Source: Terriglobia bacterium (GTDB taxonomy: Bacteria; Acidobacteriota; Polarisedimenticolia; Polarisedimenticolales; JAIQFR01). From it: 64,000 bases of DNA. The translations under genes were made by a program, and so were the position numbers. The notes beneath the pieces are model-generated. The model searched no databases. It saw only the letters and a list, made by a program, of their open reading frames with translations, and had not been told where the DNA came from. Shown here piece after piece: positions 39,142 to 48,261 of this stretch (within the stretch, counting starts at the first letter, position 1; every line of letters begins with the position of its first letter). The DNA is taken from contig CAVVHE010000008.1 of the NCBI GenBank assembly GCA_963748015.1, positions 288,001-352,000 on the forward strand. The letters run 5' to 3'.

Positions 39142-39870
39142 TTGAAACGTCTCCCGTATCTCCTGTTCCTCTTGCCCGCGCTGGCGCTCGCGGACGAGGT
39201 GTTCCTGGCTGGCGCGGGCTCGATCTCGGGGCGAATCGTCGAGCAGACGGAGACGATGGTCAAGGTGGACATCGGGGGCGGGATCATGGGGGTCCCCATG
39301 TCGCGCGTCGAGCGCATCGTGAAGGGGCGAACGCCCCTCGACGATTACGACGATCGCGCGGCCAAGCTGGGACCCCAGGACGCCGCGGGCTGGCGGAGTC
39401 TCGGACGCTGGGCGACGCAACAGGGGCTGTCGGCGCAAGCGGGCCAGGCCTACGAGAAGGTGCTCGCGATCGCGCCGGACGACGCGGAAGCGAGGCAGGC
39501 CATGGGATTCGTGCGGCTCGAAGGCCGCTGGGTCACGGAGGAGGAGAGCTACCGCGCCCGCGGCTACGTGAAGGACGGCGGGGAGTGGGTGACGCCCGCC
39601 GAGGCGCAGGCGGCCCAGCAGGCCGAGGCGGCGGACCAGGCGCGTCGCGAGGCCGACCGCCGGGCGAACGACGCGGAGATAGCGGCCATGAAGGCGGAAG
39701 ACCGCGCTCGCGAGGCCGAGGAGCGCGCTCGCAAAGCGGAAGAGGAAAAGCGCTCGTGGAACGACTACCCCGTCTACTGGGGAGGGTGGGGCTACGGCGT
39801 GAATTACTGGCCCGCGACGGGGGGCGCAGTGAACCGGCCCGTGCAGCGTCCGGCCGGGGGACGGAGATGA
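39142..39870 (+). CDS. Secreted hypothetical protein with a TPR-like segment and a coiled coil
   Basis: Signal ALALA-DEVFL; AIAPDDAEARQAMG. Confidence 0.7.
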   Translation: MKRLPYLLFLLPALALADEVFLAGAGSISGRIVEQTETMVKVDIGGGIMGVPMSRVERIVKGRTPLDDYDDRAAKLGPQDAAGWRSLGRWATQQGLSAQAGQAYEKVLAIAPDDAEARQAMGFVRLEGRWVTEEESYRARGYVKDGGEWVTPAEAQAAQQAEAADQARREADRRANDAEIAAMKAEDRAREAEERARKAEEEKRSWNDYPVYWGGWGYGVNYWPATGGAVNRPVQRPAGGRR

Positions 39871-40646
39871 GCCGCGGCGGGCGTCTCGTGGGCGGGCGGC
39901 TGCTGGCTCTGGCGGCGGTCGCGCTCGTCGCGGTCGCGGCGGCGTTGGCGGCCGGACCGGCCGCGCCGACCCCGACGGTCGACGAGATCGTCGCGCGGCA
40001 CGTCGCGGCCCGAGGCGGCTCGAAGAAACTCCAGTCCATCGAGACGCTGCGCCAGAAGGGGCACGCGACCGCCGGGCCGAACCGGACGGCGCTCGTGACC
40101 CGCGAGGTGAAGCGCCCGGCCCGGACGAGGTTCGAATTCAAGGTCCAGGGGGTCACCGCCGTCTACCTCTCCGACGGCGTCCGCGGCTGGGAGGTGTTCC
40201 CGTTCGACGGCGACGTGGACCCCCGGCAGCTTTCCGGCGACGTCGTGAGCGAGGCGGCCGAGCAAGGCGACATCGAGGGACCGCTCGTCGGCTGGAAGAC
40301 CAAGGGCCATCGGGTGGAGCTCGCCGGCCGCGAGACCGTCGGCGGTCGAGAGACGTACAAGGTGAAGCTCACCCTCAAGAGCGGTGGGGTTCGCTACGAG
40401 TACCTCGACGCGAAGAACTTCTACCTGGTCCGGACCGACTCGACGCGACAGGTGCGCGGGCGGGACGTCCGAATCGAGACCACGTTCGGCGACTTCAGGA
40501 AAACGGGTGGAGTGCTCTTCCCTCGCCTGATCGAGGTCGCGGCCGAGGGGCGGCCGAACCGGCTTCAGATCGTCGTCGACACGATCGAGCTGAACCCGCC
40601 CCTGAGCGACGCGCGCTTCGAGATCCCGGCCCCGCTCAAGCCCTGA
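39867..40646 (+). CDS. LolA-like outer-membrane lipoprotein-sorting family protein
   Basis: TVDEIVARHVAARGG; YKVKLT; FGDFRKTGGVLFP; ATGA overlap with the upstream gene. Confidence 0.75.
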   Translation: MSRGGRLVGGRLLALAAVALVAVAAALAAGPAAPTPTVDEIVARHVAARGGSKKLQSIETLRQKGHATAGPNRTALVTREVKRPARTRFEFKVQGVTAVYLSDGVRGWEVFPFDGDVDPRQLSGDVVSEAAEQGDIEGPLVGWKTKGHRVELAGRETVGGRETYKVKLTLKSGGVRYEYLDAKNFYLVRTDSTRQVRGRDVRIETTFGDFRKTGGVLFPRLIEVAAEGRPNRLQIVVDTIELNPPLSDARFEIPAPLKP

Positions 40647-40738
40647 CCGCGGCGCCGTCCTCCCGTCGAGACCATCGGCCGGCGCGGCCGGTCAACCGGC
40701 TTCTCCCGCCGCAGTCCACGTTTCGTTCCGTGGATTCC

Positions 40739-41956
40739 TCAGAAGCTGAACTGGAGCTGGAGCCGGGCCACCTTGTCGGTCACGTCGCCGGCCACGAGCC
40801 GAGCGCCATCCGCGAAGGAAATCAGGCTCACGATCCGGCCCGGGGCGTTGGCCTGGTAGGCGAGCGTTCCCACGTCGAAGTGCAGCTTCAGGCCGTTCCC
40901 CGACCAGTAGTAGTTCGCGACGATCCGGGTTTCGCTCACCTTGCCGTCGGGCCTGTGCGTGTCGCCGTCCACCTCGGCGTAGCGGGCGCCGAACTCGAGC
41001 TTCTGGGGGACCGCGGCGAACGCTCCTTGAACATACCAGCCGTCGGAGTCCACGTCCGACCCTACGGTCGTCGCGCTGTTCGTCGCCTCGGTGGCCTGGG
41101 AGTAGTACTCCGCGGCCGCGTACCAGCGCCGCCACTTCCAAGCCAGCTCGAGGCCCCAGGCATCCTGGTTGTTGGGATCTTCCCAGGCCCCGCCGGCCTT
41201 GTATCCGCGGCCCGGCTCCCCGGTGCGGTATGCCGCGCCGACGTGGAGGAGATTCTTGTCCGGCGCGTCGAGAGTTCCCTCGCCCAGCTTGTACTCGCCG
41301 AACGGGTCCCACCAAGCGCGGCCGAGGTACATCAAGGCCGCGTCGTCCTGGCTCTTGGACTCGCCCGAGCCGTTGCCGGCCGCCACTGTGTACCCGAGCC
41401 GCTTCGTTGCGCTCAGGCCCATGAGGGCGGCGCCCTGCTCGCGGCTCGGGGCGAACACGCTCGTGATGGCCCGCTCGGGGAAGAGCAGGCTCGAGTCCGG
41501 CGCGAGCTCCTGGAGACCGAACGGCATCTTGAACTGTCCCGCGCGGACGGTCGCCAGCTCCACCTTGCCGAACTCCAGGTAGGCGTCCTTGAACTTGGCG
41601 TCCTTGTCGCCCGTGGTGTCCGAGAGCTCGTAGCTAACCGCGTACCGGACCCACGGCTGGTAGATCGTTCCCTTGATCCCCAGGCGGACCCGCGGGATCT
41701 TGAATCCCGTCGAGAATCCGTCCTCCCGGCCCAGGCCGGGCCCCGCCGTGTCGGCGTCGAACTGCTCCTGGTCCGCGGCGGTGAACCGGATTTGCGCGAA
41801 CATGTTGAACGTCAGGCTGCTATTGCCGGACGACCACGTCGGCGCGCCCTTCGACATGTCGAACTTGGACTCCTTCGTTTCCGCGGCGAGCGCCGTCGAT
41901 CCCCCGCAGAGGGCGGCTGCGAGCGCCGCCACCGCGATCCAACTCCGCTTCCACAT
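40739..41956 (-). CDS. OprO/OprP-like porin
   Basis: FKIPRVRLG; DAYLE; GQFKMPFGLQE; GWYVQG; C-terminal QLQFSF. Confidence 0.85.
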   Translation of the reverse strand: MWKRSWIAVAALAAALCGGSTALAAETKESKFDMSKGAPTWSSGNSSLTFNMFAQIRFTAADQEQFDADTAGPGLGREDGFSTGFKIPRVRLGIKGTIYQPWVRYAVSYELSDTTGDKDAKFKDAYLEFGKVELATVRAGQFKMPFGLQELAPDSSLLFPERAITSVFAPSREQGAALMGLSATKRLGYTVAAGNGSGESKSQDDAALMYLGRAWWDPFGEYKLGEGTLDAPDKNLLHVGAAYRTGEPGRGYKAGGAWEDPNNQDAWGLELAWKWRRWYAAAEYYSQATEATNSATTVGSDVDSDGWYVQGAFAAVPQKLEFGARYAEVDGDTHRPDGKVSETRIVANYYWSGNGLKLHFDVGTLAYQANAPGRIVSLISFADGARLVAGDVTDKVARLQLQFSF

Positions 41957-42059
41957 CCTCTTTCCTCCTTGCCGCCGTCTCGTCTTCCGATGAGCGTCCT
42001 GGCCGGTGCAGCCGCCACGACCATCAGCACGCAGAACTCGGTCCCGAACGAGCGGCTCG

Positions 42060-45000
42060 TCAATCGGCGTCTCCCGGGTCGAGGCGATGCAGCTCCGCGG
42101 CGTCGAGCGGCCCCTCGGTGGCGAACAGGTCGAAGTCCCCGTCGAACACCCGCTCGATCTTGCCGGTGCGCCAGCCCCTGACGGCGTCCCTCACCAGGGG
42201 AGAAGGCTCCCGCCGGTAGCGGCGCACGATGTGCAGTGCCTGCGGAACCGCTCCGGCAAACGCGGCCTGCGCCTGGGCGCGCAGCCCTCCCGAGCGGCGG
42301 CCGGAGGGAGTGTCCGGCTGCGGGACCACGCGGACCCTCGCTTGAAAGCGCGCGAACGTCCGCCCGCCGGGGAGCGGCTCCTCGAAGACGTGGAGGCCGG
42401 CCTCCGGGGCCAGTAGCGTGTGGGCGCCGAAACCGCTGACGGCGAGGAGGACCCGCGGCTCGCGGGACAGCTCCTCGTCCGCGAGCACCTCGGACTTCAT
42501 TCCCCGCTTCTCGCCCCAGCGCCGGTACATCGACGCCAGGTGGCCGAAGAACAGGCGGGGGGCGTCGCGCCCGGCGCCGTCCCCTGCCGTGCCCTCGAGG
42601 AGGAGAAACGCGTCGGACGGGCGATCTTCCCTCACGTCATCGAGGCTCGTGCGAAGGAGGAGGAGCTGGACGGCGACGCGCCCCACGAAGTCCGATACGA
42701 AACGCTTCCGCCCCGAATCGGGCTTCCCGCGCAGCTTCTGGAACAGGAACGCCGCCGACTTGACCGCTCCCTCGATGCGGTCCATGAGTTCGATCGTCCC
42801 CAGGACCGCGAAGCGCTCCGGGGAATCCCAGAAATGAGGCGCCTGCGTGCGCCCGAGCCCCGCCTGCTTCCTCGCTCGCCAGGCATCGTCCCGGATCGCG
42901 TCCTCCACCAGGGCGAGATGGCCCTCGAGGCACGCGATCTCGTCGACCGTCCCGTGGGGCTCGAACGCGATCTTCTCGAGGCTCGTGACGCCGGCGGCCG
43001 CGGGCGCCGGCGCCGCGGGGGCGGCGGACGGCGCGTCCGGGTCGACGAACTCGACGTGCAGGCGCTCTCCCTCGCTCCGCACGAAGAGGAACTGGTCGCC
43101 CTGCGGGTACTCGCGACTGACGATGGTCGCGGCGAGCGGCGCCAGGACGAAGCGATCGACCGTGCGCTTGAGCGGGCGCGCGCCGAGATCGCGAGTGAAG
43201 CCCCGGTCCAGCAGGAACTCGACCGCCGACTCGTCCCAGACCACGGCCCACGAGCGGCTCCTGAGCCCCCGCCGCAAGAACACGTCGCGCAGCTCCTTTT
43301 GCAGGATGTCCCGGAGCACCTCGCGCGTCAGCGGCTCGAAGACCACGGTCCGGTCGATGCGGTTGATCAGCTCCTTCCGGAAGGCCTGGCCCACGGCCCG
43401 CTCGACCGCGCTCGCGGAGAAGCGCTTCTCTCCCTCCGCGAAGCCGAGCGACGCGCCGCGTCCGATGGCTCCGCCGAGGTTCGACGTCAGGATGATCACG
43501 GCGTTGCGGAAGTCGGCGGTCTTTCCCGTCCAGTCGGTCAGGCGGCCGTCGTCGAAGACCTGGAGGAAGAGGTCCCAGACGGCGGGGTGGGCCTTCTCGA
43601 ACTCGTCGAGGAGGATGACCGAGAACGGCCGCTGCCGGATGCGGTCGACCAGGGCGGCGCGGTTGTTCTCCTGGCGCGAGTCACCGACGAGCCTCCCGAC
43701 CGATTCGGGGAACTGGAGCTCGCTCATGTCGATGCGGATCATCCGCTCGGGAGAGCCGAACAGGTACTCGGCGAGAGTCTTCGCCATCTCGGTCTTGCCC
43801 GTGCCCGTCGGGCCGGCGAAGAGGAACACGCCCAGGGGGCGCGTCGGATCGGTGACCCCCGCCTTCACCATGGCCAGCCGGTCGAGCAGCACGTCCACCG
43901 CCTCGGGCTGGCCCAGGACGCGCTCCGAAAAGTAGCTCCGGACCTGGTCGAGATCGAGCCGCTCGCGGTCGTCGAGAATCCGGAGCGGAAGGCCGGTCGA
44001 GCGGGAAAGCGTCTCGAGCAGGTCCTCGAGGGTGAGCGGCTCGTGGCGCAGCGACTCGCGACCCCGCAGCACCCCCTTGAGGAACTCGAGGAGGCGGCCG
44101 GGGCCCGCGCGGTCGCCCATGTACTGCTCGGAAAGGCGCGATGCCTCGCGCAGGATCCGGTCGCTCATCTCCGGGAAGCCGGACTCCTCCGCCTCGCGCC
44201 GCGCCCACCGCGTCGCGACCTCGAGCGTGGCCGGCTCGGGCAGGGGATCGAACCGTATGACGTCGAAGAGCGAGAGAACCGCCGGCTTGCCCTGGACGAC
44301 GCTGTCGAAACCGACCGGCTCGGTCTCCCCGACGATGAGGATCCTCCCCTCCGCCAGCGCGGGGAACAGCAGGTCCAAGGCACCGGTCGGGCTCTGCCAG
44401 TGCCGCCCGGTGTGGAGCAGCGACTGGAAGTCGGGGACGTACCAGATGATCCGCCGCGAGGCGTCGAGCTCCCGGACGAGCCGCTGGATCCGCTCCTCGA
44501 CCTGCCCGACGTAGACCTGTCCGGCCAGCAGTTCCATGTGGCCGGCCTCGAAGATCGAGTAGCCCCTCCGGGCGAGGGCGAGCCAGGCGTCGCGGAGAAG
44601 CGCCGTCCTTCCGGTTCCGCGCTCTCCGACGAGGAGGACGGAGCGCGGCGACGCGCCGAGCAGCGAGGCCTCGAACTGGGCTCGGCACGCGGCGAACGCC
44701 GGGTGATCGATCGCCGGCTCGGCGTCGGCCGCGTCCCAGAGAACTCCGACCGCCTGGAGGAACGAGCGATCGACCCGCACGGCGCGCCAGTGGTCGAGAT
44801 CCTGGACGAACTTCCGGACGGTCTCGTGGTCGATCGGCCCGAGGAGCTCCTCGAGCAGCTTGGCACTCGCGTCCGTGAGTCGCGGCCCGATCTCCTCGAT
44901 CGGGATCGGGTCGCCCGCCTCGAGCCGCTCGAGGACGAAGCCCGGCAGGATGTTGCGGAGCATGCGGTCCCGCCAGGTCTCGTTGAGCGCCGCCAGGAGC

Positions 45001-45533
45001 TGCACGAGAACGGGGCCTCCCGCGGGGGTCGTGGCGGAGAGGGCGCGCAGGGCGAAGAAGCGCGTGTAGGGGTGGAGGTCGTTGATGAAGTGGAGGATCG
45101 TCGCGCGGATCCCCGGGCCGGGACGCCTCCGCGCGAGCGCCTCCGCCGCGCAGATCGCCACGAACAGGTGATCGCCCGAGTAGAGCGAGAGGAGCTCGGC
45201 GTCGCTCATCGAGCTGTTTCCCGCGACGTATACCGCCTGCTCGAAGACGGGGTGCCCCAAGAGGTCGGCGGGCCTGGCCGCCGATTCGAAGACCTCGCGC
45301 ATCGCGAGGGCGGCGGCATAGACCTCGTCCAGCGTGGCCGGGCGGGGGCCGGCCGTCGAGGACGGCGGCCGGGAGACCCCGGGCGGGTGGCCGGTCGGCT
45401 GTGACGGCCCGGCACCCGCGATCCCCGCGGACATCGAGGGCACGTCCGGCGTCTTGCGCCGCAGGGTCAACCAAAGAAGCAGCCAGGCCGCCAGCGCAAT
45501 GGCGCCTCCGAAGAGCGCTCCTTGGCCGTCCAT
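42060..45533 (-). CDS. ClpA/ClpB-type double AAA+ ATPase with an N-terminal TM helix and a C-terminal release-factor-like (PCRF) domain lacking GGQ
   Basis: NBD1 GERGTGRT (degenerate); NBD2 GPTGTGKT, LLDEFEKAH, DDGRLTD, LGARPLKR; C-terminal FWDSPE...MYRRWGEKRG...EAGLH...IVRRY...VFDGDFDLF. Confidence 0.85.
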   Translation of the reverse strand: MDGQGALFGGAIALAAWLLLWLTLRRKTPDVPSMSAGIAGAGPSQPTGHPPGVSRPPSSTAGPRPATLDEVYAAALAMREVFESAARPADLLGHPVFEQAVYVAGNSSMSDAELLSLYSGDHLFVAICAAEALARRRPGPGIRATILHFINDLHPYTRFFALRALSATTPAGGPVLVQLLAALNETWRDRMLRNILPGFVLERLEAGDPIPIEEIGPRLTDASAKLLEELLGPIDHETVRKFVQDLDHWRAVRVDRSFLQAVGVLWDAADAEPAIDHPAFAACRAQFEASLLGASPRSVLLVGERGTGRTALLRDAWLALARRGYSIFEAGHMELLAGQVYVGQVEERIQRLVRELDASRRIIWYVPDFQSLLHTGRHWQSPTGALDLLFPALAEGRILIVGETEPVGFDSVVQGKPAVLSLFDVIRFDPLPEPATLEVATRWARREAEESGFPEMSDRILREASRLSEQYMGDRAGPGRLLEFLKGVLRGRESLRHEPLTLEDLLETLSRSTGLPLRILDDRERLDLDQVRSYFSERVLGQPEAVDVLLDRLAMVKAGVTDPTRPLGVFLFAGPTGTGKTEMAKTLAEYLFGSPERMIRIDMSELQFPESVGRLVGDSRQENNRAALVDRIRQRPFSVILLDEFEKAHPAVWDLFLQVFDDGRLTDWTGKTADFRNAVIILTSNLGGAIGRGASLGFAEGEKRFSASAVERAVGQAFRKELINRIDRTVVFEPLTREVLRDILQKELRDVFLRRGLRSRSWAVVWDESAVEFLLDRGFTRDLGARPLKRTVDRFVLAPLAATIVSREYPQGDQFLFVRSEGERLHVEFVDPDAPSAAPAAPAPAAAGVTSLEKIAFEPHGTVDEIACLEGHLALVEDAIRDDAWRARKQAGLGRTQAPHFWDSPERFAVLGTIELMDRIEGAVKSAAFLFQKLRGKPDSGRKRFVSDFVGRVAVQLLLLRTSLDDVREDRPSDAFLLLEGTAGDGAGRDAPRLFFGHLASMYRRWGEKRGMKSEVLADEELSREPRVLLAVSGFGAHTLLAPEAGLHVFEEPLPGGRTFARFQARVRVVPQPDTPSGRRSGGLRAQAQAAFAGAVPQALHIVRRYRREPSPLVRDAVRGWRTGKIERVFDGDFDLFATEGPLDAAELHRLDPGDAD

Positions 45534-45690
45534 GGTTTCCTCCGCTCGATTCCCCCAGCCCAAGGGAGTTCGGGCCGAGTATAGGCATCGGCGTTCTCCC
45601 TCGGTAGCCCCCTCTTCCCGGAACGGGAGGCGGAGAGGCCGACCGGGATCCAGAGCCGGTCGCTCGGCGCGCGCATGCGAACTCGCGGGC

Positions 45691-45724
45691 AAAAGAAAAG
45701 GGCCGGAGCGAACGCTCCGGCCCT
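45691..45724 (-). terminator. Rho-independent terminator
   Basis: agggccggagcg-aa-cgctccggccct hairpin plus ttttctttt on the minus strand, downstream of the lipoprotein gene. Confidence 0.8.
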
Positions 45725-45755
45725 CTCGATCCTGGCGATCGGAAAGCGAGGACGA

Positions 45756-46388
45756 TCAGTCCTCGCACTCGAACTCGGGGTCGAACTCGATCGATCCGCC
45801 GAGGAAGTGGAACGACATGTCCTCGCGGAACTTGAGGTGCACCGCGGTCGGCTGCCCCTCGACGATTTCGAACGGCGCGGTCGGGATCTCGGCGGTCCAG
45901 CCCGCGGCCGGAGGCGTGATCGAGATCTTCGTGTCGTCCATCATCACGATGTCCACCTGGCTGATGGTCATCATGAGCCGGTCGTACGTCCCGGGGGGAA
46001 GGAAGCCAGCGGGCAGGTCGACGCTCTTGCCGTCGCGAATCGCGAGCATGTCCACGGTCGCGGGCAGCACGATCAGCACGTCGACCCAGGTCCCGTCGGT
46101 ATTCCGGGCCTGGATCTTCGAGAAGGTGACGTTGGCGCTCTTGAGAGACGACATGGACGGCCCGTCCATGTTCGGGGCCGCGGAAGGCGCGCCTGCGCGG
46201 GTGTCGGTGGCCGGAAGGCTGGTGGTTCCGGCTGGGTTGATCGTCGGGCCGGTCCCGGCGGTCATCGCGATCCGAACCTGCCCCTTGCCTGCCGTATTGA
46301 TCGTGTCCGACGACCCGGAGCAGGCCGCCGTGAGCAGCCCGATGCCGAGGAACGTCGCGACGAGCACTTTCTTCGTGAGCGGACTCAT
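45756..46388 (-). CDS. DUF4382-like lipoprotein
   Basis: Lipobox LTAAC; SANVTFSKIQA; TVDML; LPPGTYDRL. Confidence 0.75.
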   Translation of the reverse strand: MSPLTKKVLVATFLGIGLLTAACSGSSDTINTAGKGQVRIAMTAGTGPTINPAGTTSLPATDTRAGAPSAAPNMDGPSMSSLKSANVTFSKIQARNTDGTWVDVLIVLPATVDMLAIRDGKSVDLPAGFLPPGTYDRLMMTISQVDIVMMDDTKISITPPAAGWTAEIPTAPFEIVEGQPTAVHLKFREDMSFHFLGGSIEFDPEFECED

Positions 46389-46441
46389 GAAACCTCCCTT
46401 TTGAATGAACCCATCCCTTTCCCGGACATCCCGATCGTAGC

Positions 46442-46458
46442 AGCAAGGTGCGTGCCCG
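46442..46458 (-). promoter_or_regulatory. Sigma54 -24/-12 promoter
   Basis: Minus strand cGGCACGcaccTTGCt (GG-N10-GC), ~55 bp upstream of the start. Confidence 0.65.
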
Positions 46459-46751
46459 GCGAAAAGTAACGGAAATCCAAGCCTTGTCGAGCGCGTGCAC
46501 CGCGACGAGTGGAGGTATTCGTTACCGCCCGGAGCGCTTCGTACCGCCGCCGGCGTTTTCCGGAACCGGCCACCTTCGGCGACGAAACCGGTTGAGTCCG
46601 GCGGCCGGTGGGCGCAGAGAAATACCATCGAGGTTCTGCTCGTGGCCTTCGACGCCGCGTATTCTCGCCCGACCGACTTGCGCTTATCCTGGGCGGTGCC
46701 GGGGCCCGGGACGGCGCCTGTGGCCGAATTTCCAAGTCGTGAGGGCGAATC

Positions 46752-48233
46752 ATGAAACGACGACTTCGGCTTCGGGGCATGGCACGGCTGCTCGGGGCGC
46801 TCGCCAAGCAAGTCGCCGTCCTGATCGTGCTCGCCGTCGTCGTGCTCCTGGCGGTCCGCGTCCGCCAGGAAAAGAGCCCTCCGAAACTGGAGATCTGGCA
46901 CACGACGGAGCTCTCGGGGGAGTTCCATGCGAGCCATCCCGAGGCGGCCCCCGATTTCTCGAAGTACCTGGAGCTCGAGGAGAGACTGTTCCAGGAGCTC
47001 GACGCGAAGATCGGATCGCAGCTCCCGCCGGACCAGCAGACCCCGCTGAACCGGTACTACGAGGCCTCCGCCAGCTCTCCGCGCCGCCAGGACCGGGACT
47101 GGAACCGGTCGTTCGTCCTGAGCCCGCCCGAGCCCAGGGGGGCGATGGTCCTGATCCACGGTCTCACCGAGTGCCCCTACGCCATGCGGACCCTCGCGAA
47201 GATCGCGTTCGAGCACGGCTATCTCGTCATCGCTCCTCGCATGCCCGGGCACGGAACGACGCCCGGGTCCCTTGCGAGAGCGAAGTGGGAGGATTGGGTC
47301 GCCGTGGTCCGCATGGCCTGCGAGGAGGCGCGCCGGGTCGTCGGGCCCGGCAAGCCGCTAATCCTCTGCGGCTACTCGAACGGGGGGCTCCTGTCGGCGA
47401 AGTACGCGCTGGACGAGCTCGAGAAGGGCGGGGCCGGCGAGCCGCCGCAGAAGCTCGTCCTCCTGTCCCCGGCCATCGGCATCACGCAGTTCGCGGCCGT
47501 GTCCGGCTGGCACCGGGCGCTCACCGTCTTCCCGTACTTCCACAAGGTCGCTTGGCTCTCCATCGAGCCGGAATACGATCCCTTCAAGTTCAACTCGTTT
47601 CCCAAGATGGCCGGCGACCAGATCTTCCGCCTGACGAAGGTCGTCGAGCGGCAGATGAAGGATCTCGAGGCCGGGAAGGGGTTCGCGAGATTCCCTCCCG
47701 TGCTGGCGTTCACGTCGGTCGTGGACTCGACGGTTCTGGTCCCTTCGCTCGTGGACCGGCTGTTCTCCAGGCTGGCCGCGAACGGCAGCCGGCTGGTGCT
47801 GTACGACGTCAACCGGTGCAACGCCTTCGCGAAGTTCATCAAGGCCGGTCAGGCGGGCCTCCTGGCGTCGCTCGAGTCGGGACCGCCGCTCGCCTATGCC
47901 GTGACCGTCGTGACCAACCGGAATCCCGCGACGCTCTCCGTCATGGCGCACGAGCGACCCGCGGGAGCGTCCTCGTGGTCGGATACGTTGCTGGAACTGG
48001 AATGGCCGAGGGGGGTCTACTCGCTCTCCCACGTGGCCGTGCCTTTCCCGCCGGACGATCCCGTGTACGGCGACCGCGAGGATCTGCGGGCGGAAGGGCG
48101 CCTGGTCCTCGGCGTGGCCCAGCCGCGGGGTGAGAACGGGGTCCTGGAGGTCCCCGTCTCCCAGTTCATGCGCCTTCGCTACAACCCCTTCTTCGCTTAT
48201 CAGGCGAGCCGGTTCGTCGAGTTCATCGATTAG
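46752..48233 (+). CDS. Membrane-anchored alpha/beta hydrolase
   Basis: LIHGLT; MPGHG; GYSNGG; LSHVA. Confidence 0.8.
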   Translation: MKRRLRLRGMARLLGALAKQVAVLIVLAVVVLLAVRVRQEKSPPKLEIWHTTELSGEFHASHPEAAPDFSKYLELEERLFQELDAKIGSQLPPDQQTPLNRYYEASASSPRRQDRDWNRSFVLSPPEPRGAMVLIHGLTECPYAMRTLAKIAFEHGYLVIAPRMPGHGTTPGSLARAKWEDWVAVVRMACEEARRVVGPGKPLILCGYSNGGLLSAKYALDELEKGGAGEPPQKLVLLSPAIGITQFAAVSGWHRALTVFPYFHKVAWLSIEPEYDPFKFNSFPKMAGDQIFRLTKVVERQMKDLEAGKGFARFPPVLAFTSVVDSTVLVPSLVDRLFSRLAANGSRLVLYDVNRCNAFAKFIKAGQAGLLASLESGPPLAYAVTVVTNRNPATLSVMAHERPAGASSWSDTLLELEWPRGVYSLSHVAVPFPPDDPVYGDREDLRAEGRLVLGVAQPRGENGVLEVPVSQFMRLRYNPFFAYQASRFVEFID

Positions 48234-48261
48234 CCGCGCCGGTGCCTTGGCCTCGGGTATC

